A stretch of DNA of 64,000 nucleotides, taken from the NCBI RefSeq assembly GCF_009914755.1, contig NC_060938.1, one strand, 5' to 3'. Below are positions 16,251-31,506 of the stretch, piece by piece. Position numbers and translations under genes: made by a program. Source of the DNA: the human T2T-CHM13v2.0 reference genome, Homo sapiens. Within the stretch, counting starts at the first letter, position 1. Each line of letters opens with the position of its first letter. The notes under the pieces were generated by a model that made no database searches, was not told the DNA's origin, and was given only the letters and a program-made list of their open reading frames with translations.

Positions 16251-16884
16251 TGAAAGAAGACACTCAAGTGTTATCATGTATTTTCAAATACTTTTAAATT
16301 TAAGGAGATTAACTTATTAATTAATCCTGTTTCAAACAGCAAGAGAGGAGTGATAAAAGCTCCAAACAATTTTCTAGGAACAAGAAATTTTGTAGCTTGT
16401 AGCCTAAATACAAAGATGGATAGTACACTTTAATGACAATTCAGTAGTTTAATTGAAGAAAGACTTCTATGTTTCAAATTTTATCTTTTTCAATATGTTT
16501 TGAAAAAAAATTGGCGCATAACTTCTCTCTAAGACCTTCTTTCAGGGCCATGTGAAGCAACAGGACTTAACTCTGGTCTGTGTGGCTGCTGTGGCACCTG
16601 TTGAGACCCTGTGGCAGAGGAGTTGCTTCTCCCTGCCAGGGTCAACCAGCATCCTTGGGCATTGCAGACACCAGAATCACTCCCTCTCTGCATGTTTCTT
16701 TGCCAGCAGCAGAAAGTGAAGCTCTTAGGGAATAGCGAGAACAATAGTTCTTGGGCTAGGAATCTCCTCCTTTTCCTTGCAAGGTGTGGAAGAGAGCTGT
16801 GGATCTGTGCTAATTATGCAAAGAGTCACTCATTTTAAAGGAAAGCAGTTATTCTAGAAATAAGAATTTAGTTTTCCTTCATGT

Positions 16885-17060
16885 TTCAGGTGCTTGCCAT
16901 TATTTATATAATCCTCAAAACCACTCTTTCAGATAGATAACAGTTATCCCCATTTTATAGGCAATGAAACTGACGTTCATGAATTATTCAAATGTCACAT
17001 CCAAGCTCACACAGCCAGGGCTATGTGATATGATAGGGCTGATATTTGGAGCCAGATCTT
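16885..17060 (-). mobile_element. MIR
   Basis: CCCCATTTTATAGGCAATGAAACTGA core. Confidence 0.7.
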
Positions 17061-17215
17061 CTTTAGCATAATACACTGAAGAATCCAAGTCCAGTACCAG
17101 GGCAGCCAGCAGGGGTAGGGGGAGAACAACTAATTTTGTTTTCACGGTCATCTGAGTAATTAATAATGACGAGTGGGAGTAGAGGGTAGTCAGCTCTCAA
17201 ATAGTGAGCAGGATA

Positions 17216-17537
<322 letters not shown>

Positions 17538-18855
17538 TCAGTGTTGGCTTTTGGAGAATTTATTTTTAATCGGATTAACAGACTCGCAGTTGCTTAAATT
17601 ATTAAAATATTCTGTTGGCCCTTTTTAATGAGACTCTGTAATCCGGTCTTGATGTATTTTGTAATAATATGTTTTCCACTTTATCTTATTAACCATGTGA
17701 TCCAGCAACAACTATTGCCTCAGGGGCCTACAGACAACTTTTTTTCTTGCCTTTTAATTTTTTAAAAACTCTATTACTGCATGCTGGGAATATTTTCTCC
17801 CATTGCTGTGAAGACTTCCATGATCATGGAGATCCACAACTGTCTCCCCTTGTCTGACCCTCTGTAGAATTTATAGACAACACTATATCCTTTTGAGACT
17901 GACTTGCTTTCTCAATGAGACTATACAATTCTCAATAGTTTTTATACCTGTGTGTTCTCACTAGTGTCTAGTATGTTATACACATAGAATGCAGTCAATA
18001 CCTATTATTCAATGGATAAAGTGAAATTTTCTGTAGGCTGAGGAAAACAGATACCATCAAGAAAGAAACTGTCTTAGAAGATTAATTTGTGAAAGTTTAG
18101 TAAAAACTATAAAACAAGAACTAAATTTTAAAACCAGAGATGGAAAAACACCTAAAAGAACAATGAAACAGTTTATCAGTTAATTGAATTCAGAAATTAA
18201 TCATTTTTATATGCATGCAGTGTCCCTGTTTCTACTCTAAATTCAAGTATGAATGCCAACACTGAATTCAAATAGAACTTTTGTGAATGAGTAACTAGCT
18301 CAAGGTCAGCAATAGATGGAGTATGCTGCTTGTCTGTTTCCCAGGAAGTATCCTGGAAGCTATGGGTGTAACTAAAAGGTCACTACAGTACCCCATATTT
18401 TGCATTGTTAAAGCTTCTGGGAATATGACTCTACATCAAGATGCCATCTCTTAAGACTACTGAAGTTTTTAAAGCAATAAGCTTTTGTAACCTTATAAAA
18501 TATCTTTTCCCAGAACCACCTCCTAAAGCATAGAAGAAAGATGTAATAAAGGCAAAGTCATTGAGCATCTTTGTACAATATTGACAGTTTGAAAACTATA
18601 TTTAGGTATCAGGAACCTATGCTTAGATATACATGATCATACTTTCATTTATTGGGCATTTCCATTCAAATAAATTAATATTGATTAACTGATTTTGCAT
18701 CCAATTGTCTTCACCTAGGTAATATCATTGAACTATTGTGTGTGTGTTTGTGTGTGTTAATGATGTTGAGACTCAGAGTCTCTGGTCACTACTGGATTAA
18801 TATTGTGGATGTTTTAACAAAAGCAGAAATATATGACTCTGGAAACGTCACTTGA

Positions 18856-19160
<305 letters not shown>

Positions 19161-19444
19161 AAGACTTCTCTTAACCTGATGACTGAATCCAAGATTCCTT
19201 TATTTAAGCAAATGTTCTAAAACACTGATATGGCCACTGCTGGATTTTTAATAGTCATTTTTCACTGAATGCACACACTGGCATTCTAAATCACAAACAT
19301 TATTATCAATTTAAAAAGCATATAACATTCATCTGTTTTTCTCCCACTTTGATTTTTAGTCCAGGGGTAACTCTGTGAAAGCCAGGTCAAATGTTTTCTG
19401 TATACAAATTTCAAAGTTTATCAAAGGTGAGACACAGAGAAAAT

Positions 19445-19447
<3 letters not shown>

Positions 19448-19477
<30 letters not shown>
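19448..19477. repeat. (AC)15 microsatellite
   Basis: Perfect dinucleotide run. Confidence 0.95.
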
Positions 19478-19479
<2 letters not shown>

Positions 19480-19648
19480 TAGACATATATATTTCACATA
19501 CACCACATTTTCTTTATCCACTCATTTAGGTTGGTTCCATATCTTTGCAATTGTGAATTGTGCTGCAGTAAACATATACATGCTGGAGTCTTTTTGATAC
19601 AATGATTTTTCCTTTGGGTAGATATCCAGGAGCAGGATTGCTGATAGA

Positions 19649-19733
19649 TAGGTTAGTGCAGCAGTAATTAATTAAAGTAATTTTACTATTAAAGTAATGG
19701 CAAAACCCACAATTACTGTTGTACAAACTGAAT
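19649..19733. mobile_element. MADE1 mariner MITE inserted in L1
   Basis: TAGGTTAGTGCA..GTAATT..AATGGCAAAACCCACAATTAC..TTGTACAAACT: degenerate palindromic MADE1 flanked by TA. Confidence 0.8.
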
Positions 19734-21997
19734 ACTTTTGCTTCTTTAAGAAACCTCTATACTGTTTTCCACAGTGGTTGTGCAAATTTACATTCCCACC
19801 AGCAATGTATACGCATTTCCTTTTCACTACATGTATGACAACATCTATTGTTTTTTTACTTTTTAATAATGGCCATTTTTGCAAGGGTAACGTGGTAGCT
19901 CATTGTGGTCTTAATTTGAATTTCCTGATGATTAGTGATGTTGAGCATTTTATTTATATGTTCGTTAACCATTTCTGTATCTTCTTTTGAGAAGTATCTA
20001 TGCCATTTGCCTGCTTTTTGATGGGATTTTTTTTTTCTTGATGATTTGAATTCATTATAGATTCTGGATATTAGTCTTTTTCTCCAACTCTGTGGGTTGT
20101 CTGTTTACTCTGCTGATTATTTGTTTTGCTATGAAGAAACTTTTTAGTTTAATTAGGTCCCATTTATTTATTTTTGGTTTTGTGGCATTTGCTTTTGGGG
20201 ACTTAGTCATAAATTCTTTGCCTAAACTAATATCCAGAAGAGCTTTTCCTTGGTTGTCTTCTAGAGTTTTAATGGTTTAAGTCTTAGATTTAAGTATTTG
20301 ATCTATCATGAGTTGATTTTTTGTATGAGAGATAGGGATCCAATTTCATTCTTCCACATGTGGCTATCCAGTTTTCTCTGCACCATTTATTAAGTAGGAT
20401 GTCCTTTCGCCAATTTATGTTTCGTTATCTTTGTTATCTATTTCAAAGATAAAGCAGTAAGGCTGTAAGTATTTGGCTTTATTTCTGGGTTCTCTATTCT
20501 GTTCCACTGGTCCAGTGTCTACTTTTATAGCAATACCATGCTGTTTTGGTAACTATAGACTTGTAGTATAATTTGAAGTCAGGTAATGTCATGCCTCTAG
20601 ATTTGTTCTTTTTGCTTAGGATTGCTTTGGCTATTCAGGCTCTGTTTTGGTTCCATATGAATTTTAGAATTTTTTTTCTAATTCTGTAAAAAATGATCTT
20701 AATATTTTATAGGAATTGCATTGAATTGTTAGAATGCTTTGGGCGGTGAGGTCATTTTCATGATATTAATTCTCTCAATCCATGAGTCTGGAATGTATTT
20801 TCTCTTGTTTGTGTCATCTGTAATTTATTTCAGCAGTGTTTAATAGCTTTCCATGTATGGATCTTTCACCTCCTTGGTTAAGCATATTCCAAGGTATTTT
20901 AATTTTTTTGCAGCTATTGTAAAAGGGATTGAGTTCTTGATTTCATTCTCATCTTGGTCATTGTTGGTATATAGCAGTGCTACTGATGTGTGTACACTGA
21001 TTTTGTAACCTGAGACTTTACTGAATTCATTTATCAAATCTAGTAGTCCTTTGGAGGAGTCTGGGGTTTTCTAGGTATACAACTAAATCGTTGGCGAACA
21101 GTGGTAGTTTGACTTTCCTTTTTTACAATTTGGATGCCGTTTATTTCTTTCTCTTGCCTGAATGCTTTGGCTGGGACTTCCAGTACTGTGTTGAATAGAA
21201 GTATTTAAAGCGGGTGTCCTTGCCTAGAGTCAGTTCTCAGGGGGAATGCTTTCAACTTTTCCCCATTCAGTATGATGTTGCCTGTGGGTTTATCATATAT
21301 AGCTTTTATTATTTTGAGATATGTCCTTTTTATGCCTAGTGTGTGGAGGGCTTTTATTATAAAGGGATGCTGGATGTTTTTCAAATGCTTTTTCTTGCAT
21401 CTATTGAAATGATCATATGGTTTTTGTTTTTAATTATGTTTATGTGGTATATCACATGTATTGACTTGCATATGTTAAACCATCCCTGCATCCCTAAGAT
21501 GAAATGCACGTGATCATGGTATATTACCTCTCTGATGTGCTGATGTATTCATTTACCTAGCATTTTGTTGAGGATTTTTCCATCTGTGTTCATCAGGTTT
21601 ATTTTTTCCATCTATGTTCATCAAATATATTGGTCTGTAGTTTTCTCTTTTGGTTATGTCCTTTCCTGGTTTGGGTATCAGGGTGATACTGGCTTCAGTT
21701 AATTAGGGAGAATTTCCTCTTTCTCAGTCTTTTGGATTGGTACCAATTCTTCTCAGTACTCCTGCTTATTGTTGGTTTCCATTTCCATAAAATATCTTTT
21801 CCAACCCGTTTACCTTGAGTTTTTATGAATCCTTACATGTTAGATGAATCTCTTGAAGATAGTAGATATTTGGTTTGTAATTTTTTATCCATTCTGCTAA
21901 TCTTTATCTTTTAAGAGGAGCATTTAGGTCATTTATGTTCAATGTTAACATTGAAATGTGAGGTACTTTTCCATTCATCATGTTAATTGTTACCTAG

Positions 21998-22373
21998 TGA
22001 TATGGTTAGGCTCTGTGCCTCCACCCAAATCTCATGTTGAATTGTAATTCCCAATGTTGGGGGAGGGACCTGGTGGGAGGCAATTGGATCATGGCGGTGC
22101 ATTTCCCCTTGCTGTTCTTGTGATAGTGAGTTCTTAGGCAATCTGGTTGTTTAAAAGTGTGTGGCACTTCCCCCTTCATTTTCTCTCCTGCTTCACCATG
22201 GTAACACATGCCTGATTCCCCTTCACTTTCTGCCATGATTGTAAATTTCCTGAGGCCTCCCAGCTATGATTCCTGGGGAGCCTGTGGAACTATGAGTAAA
22301 TTAAACTTCTTTTCTTCATAAATCATCCAGTATCAGGTAGTTCTTTATAGCAGTGTGATAATGGATTAATACA
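21998..22373 (+). mobile_element. MSTA solo LTR inserted in L1
   Basis: TGATATGG...AATACA, perfect TSD CCTAG. Confidence 0.92.
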
Positions 22374-25300
22374 CCTAGATACTTTATTTTCTTTGTTGTG
22401 TTATTTTTTATAGGTCTTGTGAGTTCCAAGAGTCTTTCAAGAGGTCTATTCTGGTGCATATTAAACTGTTATTTCAAGATTTAGAACTCCTTTTAGCATT
22501 TCTTTTAGGGCTGGTCTTGTAGTGACAAATTCTCTCAGTATTTGTTTGTCTGAAAATAAATTTATTTCTCCTTCATTTATGAAACTTAGTTTTGCAGGAT
22601 ACAAAATTCTTGACTGACCATTATTCTGTTTAAGGAGACTAAAGATATGACCCCAATCCCTTCTGGTTTGTAAGGTTTCCACTGAGAAGTCTGCTGTTAG
22701 TCTGCTAGATTTTCCTTTATAGATAGGTTTCCTGATGCTTTTGCCTCACTTTTCTTTGAATTTTTTTTTTCATGTTGGCTTCAGGTAGCCTGGTGACTAT
22801 GTGCCTTAGTGGTGTCCTTTTTGCAATGAATATCCTGGGAGTTCTTTGAGCTGCTTGTATTTGGACATCTAAATTTCTAGCCAGGCCAGGAAAATTTTCT
22901 TCAATTATTCCCTCAAATAAGTTTTCCAAACTTTTTTGCTTTCTTTTTTCGCTTAGGAACATAAATTATTCTTAGGCTTGGCCATTTTACATAATCCCAT
23001 ATTTCTTGGAGGCCTTTGCTCATTTCTTTTGATTCTTTATTCTTTATTTTTGTCTCATTGGGTTAATTTGAATGCCTTGTCTTTGAGCTCTGAAATTCCT
23101 TCTTCTATTTCGTCTAGTTTCTTAATACTTTACACTGCATTTTGTAATTTCCTAAATGTGTCTTTTATTTCCAGACATTCTGAAGTTTTTCTTTAAAATA
23201 TCTATCTCTTTAGAAAAATTTTCATTTACATCCTGAATTGTTTTTTTAAATGTCTTTATGTTGGTTTTGTCTTTCCCTGGTATCTCCTTGAGGAGCTTAA
23301 TAATTCACCTTCTGAATTCTTCATCTCGTATTTAAAATATTTCATTTTGGTTTGGATCCATTGCTGGAAAGTTAGTATGATTTTTAGGGTTGTTATAGAA
23401 CTCTGTTTTGTCGTATTACCAGAATTATTTTTCTGGTTTCTTCTCATTTAGATAGGCTATTTGTTCTAATTATTCCTGAACATGTTTTTATTTGATTTTT
23501 TTATATTTCTTTTTCCCCCCCTCAAGGATGTGACTTTAATATGTGTAGTGTATTATACCCTAATTTGGCTTGTGATGCTTTTAGGAGTGAAGAACATGTA
23601 CAGGTTCCTTGGTTATAGAGAAACTTTTAATAATGGCTTTCTCAGATACTGGCTGTACTGGCAATATGCTGGTATGTGAGCAGATTATCTCCTATGGGGT
23701 TGGAATGGCAGAGGTCTCTTGAAGCTTATCTCATTCCCTCGTGGTTTGCATTTTTAATTTATTTATTTTACCCCAATATTTTATTTACTGGGTTGAATAG
23801 TTCGGGCTTCATGCCAATAGGGGACGTGTTCCTGGGTAGAAACCAGCTGTGGCTAAAGCAGGTAAATAAATGCAATAATAAGTTGTTGGCAGATGTCACC
23901 ACCTTGACAGAGGTGGCTGGAGGAGCGCTCAGAGAAATGCACTGAAGTCTTATCAGAGGGAAATATGAGACCCACCTCAGAGCCCCTGCCAGGACAGCAG
24001 GAAAGCAATTCACCTCCCAGACACAGTTCTGACTCAGTGTTCTGGCTCTTCAGATCCAACAGACACTTTTTTAATCTGCAGGAATGTTGATGTCCCAAGT
24101 AGAGAGGAGCTGACTCTACCCCTTGTGCAAATCTGAACCTAGAGGGCCTCCTTCTGTGGGGATGTGGTCACCCTGAAATGTTCCAGAAGGGTTGTCTTTA
24201 GGTGCACCCACGCTGAGCTCCTGTGGGAGAAGTTGGGTTCATAATTTTTGAAATGTAAATATATAGGGAAAAATAGTACTCACATCTTCTTGGCACCTTG
24301 GACTTAGCCCAGGGATCTAGTCCAGAGCATTTGGCACTGGTAGTTCAGAGCAATTAACCAGAGAGAGGGCTACAGATCTAACTTTCATGTTATATGAAGA
24401 GTAAAAAGATTCTAGAGGAAGTGAAAGCGTACATCCCCTACCTTACATCATATACCTTTCCATGTCTCTGGAGGCTAGGGCTTTTCACAAGCACACTGAG
24501 AAATCCAGGGGCATTTAATCTCCCCAGAGCTTCCTACAGGCTAGATTTATTGATAGATGCTTTCCAATATATTATTTGATTGCCACAAGAAGTCTGCATA
24601 ATAACTATCATTATGCTGAGTTTAAATTTGAGAAAAACAAGGCTTGGCAAGTATAAAACAATCAGCTCCAGACTCTGCAGCTAGAGTAGTTATTGGTTTG
24701 GTAAAAAAAATTCTGCCTGGCTCCAAGACTATCCTGTTTTCCTCTGTACCACACTGAAGTGAAGGAGAACATATTCAAGTAATCTCTTGTCCTAGGATAT
24801 CTTTGACAAATAAAACAAGAAATTACTTTAAAAAATGCTTTCACCATATAGAAAGTTAAAAACCTAAAGGAAAATGAAACCACATTGATACCTGAAGTCT
24901 GGGTCAAAATCAGGAGGGAAAAAAAGCCCCCAAACTTGAAGCTTTTCTTGTAATTTTCAAAGGAAAACATAAGTATCTCATATCAGAAAGCAGACCTTTC
25001 TAAAAAGCAAAACTATTTCAAAATATGTTATTTTCTGGCATTAATCCTCAGATGGACACATCTCTCTTTATTCAGTGACTTTTGCTCTTTCAGGTTAACC
25101 CCCAGAGACCCATTCTGAGAGCTAAGATAAGCACTGCTAAGCAAATGTACAATAACACATCACAGATCTGAGAAAAGTTTTCTACACACCTAAAGCCTAA
25201 GGATAAAATTTAAATAATGGAAGACAGCCTAAAGCTTGAGATCCAGATGTTAATACTCTACTAATGGCACTCTTTAAGCCTGAAGTCAAATGCTAGGCAA

Positions 25301-25483
25301 AAACAATATTTTTCTTTTGTTGAAATAAATAATTTCTATAACCTGAGAAGAGCAGATCAACTAGCAATCTCCTTGTTTCCTTGGTACACATCCCTCCCTC
25401 ATTCCACAACAAAACAAAGGAAATCAATCAAATTAAAACATAGCAAAACATAGTGGTTTTATATTGGAAATTTTTTTGCCTTC

Positions 25484-25780
25484 TTATTTATTTATTTGAG
25501 ACAGAATCTTGCTCTGTCACCCAGGCTGGAGTGAAGTGGTGCAGTCTTGGCTCACGGCAACCTCCACCTCTGGGTTCAAGTGATTCTTCTGCCTCAGCCT
25601 CCCAAGTAGCTGGGACTATAGTGATGCACCACCATGCCCGGCTATTTTTTTTTTGTATTTTTAGTAGAGACAGGGTTTTACCATATTGGTCAGGCTGGTC
25701 TTAAACTCCTGACCTCGTGGTCCACCCGCCTCTGCTTCCCAAAGTGCTGGGATTACAGGCGTGAGCCTCCACGACTGGCC
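25484..25780 (-). mobile_element. AluS
   Basis: Full dimer, TSD TTTGCCTTCTTA. Confidence 0.95.
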
Positions 25781-28700
25781 TTTGCCTTCTTAAGAAGTGA
25801 TAAAAGGAATGACACTTTCATAAACTAACAACCTTTCCAATTTAGAGTCCTGGAAATATGATAGCAAATAATACACAACATTTTACAATGTGTCCTCAAA
25901 ATTACAGTTTTGTAGTGTTTTAAGTAATTGCGAATGATAGAACACTTATTTGTAAAACATCAAATGACTAACAGCTGATTCAAGGATTCATTAGAAGAAT
26001 AAAGGAAAGAGCGATATGATGCACTGTTCAGATTGGAGGTAAGATCTTTTTTTAAAATTTAATATGAAATAATTTGTTGGGGGCGGGAGAGGTGAAACTG
26101 TAAGGACATATAAACATTTTCTTGATATCCCCCCAATAAATTAAACATGGTCAGAGAAAACTTAAAAACTAATAAATCTGAGGTTCTAAAAGCATCTGTA
26201 AAGAACTTATCAAGATTATTTTATTTTTTTAAAAAGCTACAAACTATAAATAGGGGCTGATAGAATTGTGTAAAAGGGAACATGAGGATTATATATTTTT
26301 GTCCTCTAGATATGCTAATGTACTTCGTCACTTTCCAAATTCACTGTATTGTGAAGCTTTCTGTCACACAAGCCTTTTCAGCCTTACCTCTTATGCCTCA
26401 GAACCTCTCAGCTACTCAAGGACCTGCCAAGTTTTTATTCTCCAGCATCTCAGGTCCTTGTCGTCTTCAAAGGTTAAGTTTAGCTTATTCATAATTTTCC
26501 TATTTGGTCTTTTCATTTAGGTTGAAAGTCCCTTGAAATCATGAGTTTTCTATTACATGCTGTATAGGTCTACACAAAACTCAGTCTGGGACTGGGATGT
26601 TATTTGCAGAAAGGAATATTGAAAGAGGTTTTTGGAACTGCAAGACATAAGTCAGCAGCCCTGAATGAAACATGTTTAAGCAATTCACTTAAGTGGGTTG
26701 GTTCCCTTAGGAAGATTCTAAAGGAGTGGACACTAAATGGAGGGTGGCTTTCATAAATGTTAAATATATGATGCCCATTTGTCCTTGACTTTGGGAAAAA
26801 TCAATATCTTTTATTGACAGGTAACCATTTGACTAGCTAGGCATAAAATTAAGCCTTAAAATAATGTTCACATCAATGCACATCAGAAGAATCATTTATA
26901 AAATAACATATATTAGAGACCAAGGCAGAAAATATAAAAAGCTTAAAAACCTATAGCAATAGGACTTTATCCAAGTAATTTATTCACTAACTCTACAAAA
27001 TAATGAAGTTAAAACTGGTCTTTACTATTCCCCAGAGAACAATATCACTACAAAGCACTAAATTACCCCAATTACAACTTGCTTAATTTGGGAATTTAGA
27101 GACAAATAGAATGGAGGAGTGTGAGGCAGTATCAGTCCCCCAAAGTGTGAGCTAAAACAGATACAACAGACGCTATGGGACCTCACGTGGGTGCTTTTAT
27201 AGTAGTTACATAAATTTTTTTATCTCATATCACAAGGTTTAATTCCTTTCTTACATGGAGCTAAGAACACTTCATTTCCTTCTTTGAAATGTGTGATAAA
27301 ATATCATGCATATGAAACCTCTTAAAGAGCCAATAGATTAAAAATAGATCAGGATTAAATAGGGTATTAAGATTTCTACTACCAGCATAAAAGTGTAATT
27401 CATTGTACTGTAGGCAGTGGGAAAGAGGTTTTATGGTTAGGCTTTCCTTTTTTGATCTACACAAGTCACACTGGACTTAGTGAAGTTTTCACACTACATA
27501 TAAAGCAGCTGAATTTATATCTTCAGATTCTAAGGTTTTCTACATCCTGGATAATGTTTACCTTTTAGTGTAATATACAGCCACCCCACTTAAGAAACTG
27601 GTCTTATTAACCTTTGAAAATCTTTAAGCCTTACCCTGTGTTTAACATATTCATGCTTCACTGAGTAATGTTCTGTGATTCATTCTCATCGTTTCTTTCT
27701 TTCTAAAGCTGATTAATTCTTTAAAGCTAGCTCAAGTTCACATTTACCTTCTTAGATTATGCCATGACAGATTTCAGTGCTTCTGATGCCATCTGTTTGG
27801 TAGGAAAGACATTTCCTTTGAGAGGCAGGTGAAAGGGCAACAAGAAAGTCAGCTAGTAGATAATCTTTAGTTTAGGGCCTGTACTCTAGTGGTAAAAAGT
27901 CATTCTAGAATTTAATGATTACTTTGCTTTTTCTGTGCTTCCTTTCATACTGACCGAGTTGAGCATATAGCTGGGCTAGGCCTGACCAAAAAAGAAAAAA
28001 AAAAAACCACTTTGGCACTTTGCAAGAAAGACAAGTTGTCTCTGTTTAAGGCTGCTTTTACCATGGGAAACAATCAGAATAAAAGATATATAGTAGATAA
28101 GAATATAAATGAATATAAAATGAATGATGGACCTCTCCTCCCTCCATTGATTCCTCTTTATCTTCCCTAGTTCTTGACAGAAGTAATGTCATTTCCTAAT
28201 TAGAAATCTCCTGTAGCCTTTTCCTAATAAGGGCTGGGGAGAGAAGTTAAGTTAAAGGAAGGAAGAAACCAGAGGTTCCATTCCTTTTAAACTTATCAGA
28301 GCCCTGTGCCAATTACTCTGGATTCTATTCACTACCATATTAGACAATTAGTTTCTGAGCTAGTTATGTAGCTTTGGTACACTAATGTTACTGATGATAT
28401 AATGATCCTGCAGAAGATTTGGCAGTGGCCTACCAGAAACATTTAGGGCTGCGGTGTTTTGATGTCCAGAGTGGACTCTTGGCAGGAGTGTCTAAGAATT
28501 ACAACACATCTGCCTGAATAGAACAACAGGTAGCAAGACCCAGATATACAAGCTTGTCTGTACTTAGTGAATTAAGAGAACAGTAAGGCAAGGCTGCATT
28601 TGGCTTAATTGTTAAACATAGCTGTTCTCTTCTTCACTGCTTTGCCTTATCATGTACGTTCATTTCTGTTTTCATTTTATGCCCTTTGGAGCGTTCTTTG

Positions 28701-29410
28701 CTTCTTTTGGTTCCAGTCAATTTAACAAATTCCCATCTATTGTTTTGCATTTTGTTTTTCATTTATTTTGTTCTCATAAAAAGAATTTATGTTATTCTTT
28801 TAGAATGTTCCTATTTTTAGGTTAGGTTATGAAAAGAGGGCTAGTAATTTGAATTAAGTGTATCTATTTTTTTTTCTTGGTTAAGTTGCACACAACTTAA
28901 TGCCCTTGGTTGTTGGTGATACCTTACTATATGGAGATTCTCATTCTATTTTAAGTAATGGACTAGCATAGATAAGGATCTTAGTCTCTCTTAATTACTA
29001 TTTGTAAACCTTTCCCAAAATTAGGTCTTTTAAACTGCTTCTTTTCTAATACGATATTTCTGATCAGAAACTTTGTATAACTTTTTGTATTATTCACTGG
29101 ATGTAGTCCAAACTCCTTCACTGTCCATTCAAAATCCTTCACAACGTTGTTGTAATTTGAAATTTCAGTTTTGTAAGCTATCTCTTCTCTAAGCAATAAA
29201 TATTAGATATCCATTAACCATGACTTGATTTACATGCTATTACTGGGAAAATTCTTCCTTTTCCCCTTATCCTGTATAAATCATAAGCATTCTATGAGCA
29301 TAACTCAAACCACCTACATTACATTTTAACTCCAAATGCTTTCTCTCTCTTCTGAAATTATATGTAATTTATTATCCTTACTATTCATTTTAATGCTTTT
29401 CATGAATTCT

Positions 29411-29721
29411 TTTTTTTTTTTTTTTTTGAGACCGACTCTTGCACTGTTGCCCAGGCTGGAGTGCAGTGACGCGATCTCGGCCACTGCAGCCTCCACCTTG
29501 AGGGTTTAAGCAATTCTCTTGCCTCAGCCTCCCGAGTAGCTGAGATTACAGGCGCCCTCCACCATGCCCGGCTGATTTTATTATTATTTTTTTTTGTATT
29601 TTTAGTAGAGATGGGGTTTCACCATGTTGGTCAGGCTGGTCTCGAACTCCTGACCTCGTGATCTGCACTCCTCAGTCTCCCAAAGTGCTGGGATTACAGG
29701 TGTGAGCCACTGTGCCCGGCC
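29411..29721 (-). mobile_element. AluS (Sg-like)
   Basis: Full dimer, TSD CATGAA(T/G)TCTT. Confidence 0.95.
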
Positions 29722-29850
29722 CATGAAGTCTTATTGGTAAATTATCTTCATACATCTATGAGACTGAAAATATTACAAGAAAGGGCCACTCTTTTTTGCT
29801 TGTATTACTCTTGTATGGCTTTTCCAATAGTAATTGCTTAGGAAATACTT

Positions 29851-30165
29851 ATTGTTTGTTTATTTATTTATTTATTTATTTATTTGAGACGGAGTCTTGC
29901 TCTGTCGCCCAGGCTGGAGTGCAGTGGCGCGATCTTGGCTCACTACAAGCTCTGCCTCCGGGTTCATGCCATTCTCCTTGCCTCAGCCTCCTGAGTAGCT
30001 GGGACTACAGGTGCCCGCCACCACGCCCCGCTAATTTTTTGTATTTTAGTAGAGACAGGGTTTCACCGTGTTAGCTAGGATGGTCTCGATCTCCTGACGT
30101 TGTGATCCACCCGCCTTGGCCTCCCAAAGTGCTGGGATTACAGGCGTGAGCCACCGCACCTGGCC
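29851..30165 (-). mobile_element. AluY
   Basis: Full dimer with (TTTA)n tail, TSD TTATTGTTT. Confidence 0.95.
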
Positions 30166-30395
30166 TTATTGTTTACTTACTAGATTAATACAACAGATTA
30201 TTCCTTATCAGGTATAGTGTAGTGTAGAAGATTTCCAGAGTCCTCCTATCAAAGAATAGTTCAGGTAAATGGGTTAATGCAGATGATGCCCATTAAGGCC
30301 CCAAAGCTAGGTGAAGTAGGCATGTGAGGAGATGATGCCTTACACTAGATTTTTACGTCCATCATGACACCCATTTACCTTTGTTTTTCGAATAG

Positions 30396-30455
30396 ATGTA
30401 TTTGATTGTGATTATGGGGTGACTTTTAAAAAGCCGAAGATTAATGTGACAATTG
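30396..30455 (+). CDS. Candidate coding exon X (60 nt, phase 1 to 1): (D)VFDCDYGVTFKKPKINVTI(G)
   Basis: Acceptor ccatttacctttgtttttcgaatag|A, strong donor TTG|GTGAGT. Only the phase-1 frame is open, which is the phase required by B and C. Confidence 0.65.
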
Positions 30456-31144
30456 GTGAGTTTGTATTTATCTCATTAGCTAATTTGTCTAAATCTCAAG
30501 CCTTTATGAAAAATACACTTTTTTTTTTACCAGTACACATATATGTCTTATAATACCATTCTTCTCTCAGTATCACATTGCCCAACCTCTGTAATGTAAC
30601 TTTGTACAACAAATACTGGATTCACTAACAAACATTACGTGAAATTGTGTAATGAAAAGAATGGCTTTACCTTTGTCTTTAGATTTCACTACGATTTTCT
30701 TTTTGGCAAGTCTTGTTATCTTATGATCTTCAACATCCATCACTAAATTCTAAAAAGTGAAAAAAATGCCAGCTGAGCTAGATATATTGGTATTAGGCAC
30801 TTTCTACCACAACTAATAATAATATATCAACAGGTCACATGACAGAAAGTGATGACAATCATTCAAAGACAATATGGCTATTGAACAATATACTTATTGC
30901 TGACTGGTAATAGGTCAATACAAAAGGAAAATCAGAAGATTGAGGAAATATAACACTGCACAATTCTGTTGTAGGTACAATTCCAGAACCTTGAGAACAT
31001 TAAGAGAGCCCAGAATATTGCCCAATTCTGACTGATACCTTCCTAACCTCACTAATTTGAGTTTAAGTTATCCATGGAACGTCTAAGTGGGGATGACCTT
31101 TAGGTAATTGAATGTATATATTTGGATCTTGAGTGATGTCAAGT

Positions 31145-31400
31145 ATAGAAGAAATATAGCAATTAACAGTTATTACATGTCTACTATGAATTTGGCAGAA
31201 CTTTTAGCACTTTACACATATGAAACATTTAATCTTCATAATAAGCCACTTTAATATTATTACTCTCTTAGTTTTAATGCTGAGGAAATTGAGATACAAG
31301 CAGAGTAAATCATTCATCCAATATCAAACCTCTAGAAAGCAGTGGAAGTGGATTTTGATTCAGATGTTCTAGTTCTAGGGCATCTGTTCTTACCTATCAC
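31145..31400 (-). mobile_element. MIR
   Basis: TTTAATCTTCATAAT..TGAGGAAATTGAG core. Confidence 0.7.
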
Positions 31401-31506
31401 TCTTCTTTTCTAATGGAACCTGGGTGGTGATTGAAATAGTGATTGTGAAGGAAGTTTCTCAGTTAAACAGCTGGTTCAAAATAGTAAATGCTGTACACTG
31501 GCCATT

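Larger units (their letters stand above)
19480..24230 (-). mobile_element. L1MA/L1M-type element: 5'UTR, ORF1 and partial ORF2 with a large internal deletion near 21750
   Basis: ORF1 fragments (ENLFEGIIEENFPGLAR, RILYPAKLSF) and ORF2 fragment (FSKVSGYKI). Sequence jumps at ~21750 from mid-ORF2 to the ORF2 start. Confidence 0.9.

Noticed and set aside
25070-25100. Strong acceptor ttttgctctttcag|G
   Set aside because: Immediate stop in the required phase and no clear donor.
26310-26472. 163-nt exon-like segment with two open frames
   Set aside because: Weak donor (GTTAAG), would shift the frame between B and X, and adjacent sequence resembles an L2 3' end. Not fully excluded.
30212-30264. AG/GT-bounded 53-nt segment upstream of exon X
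   Set aside because: Stops in all three frames.
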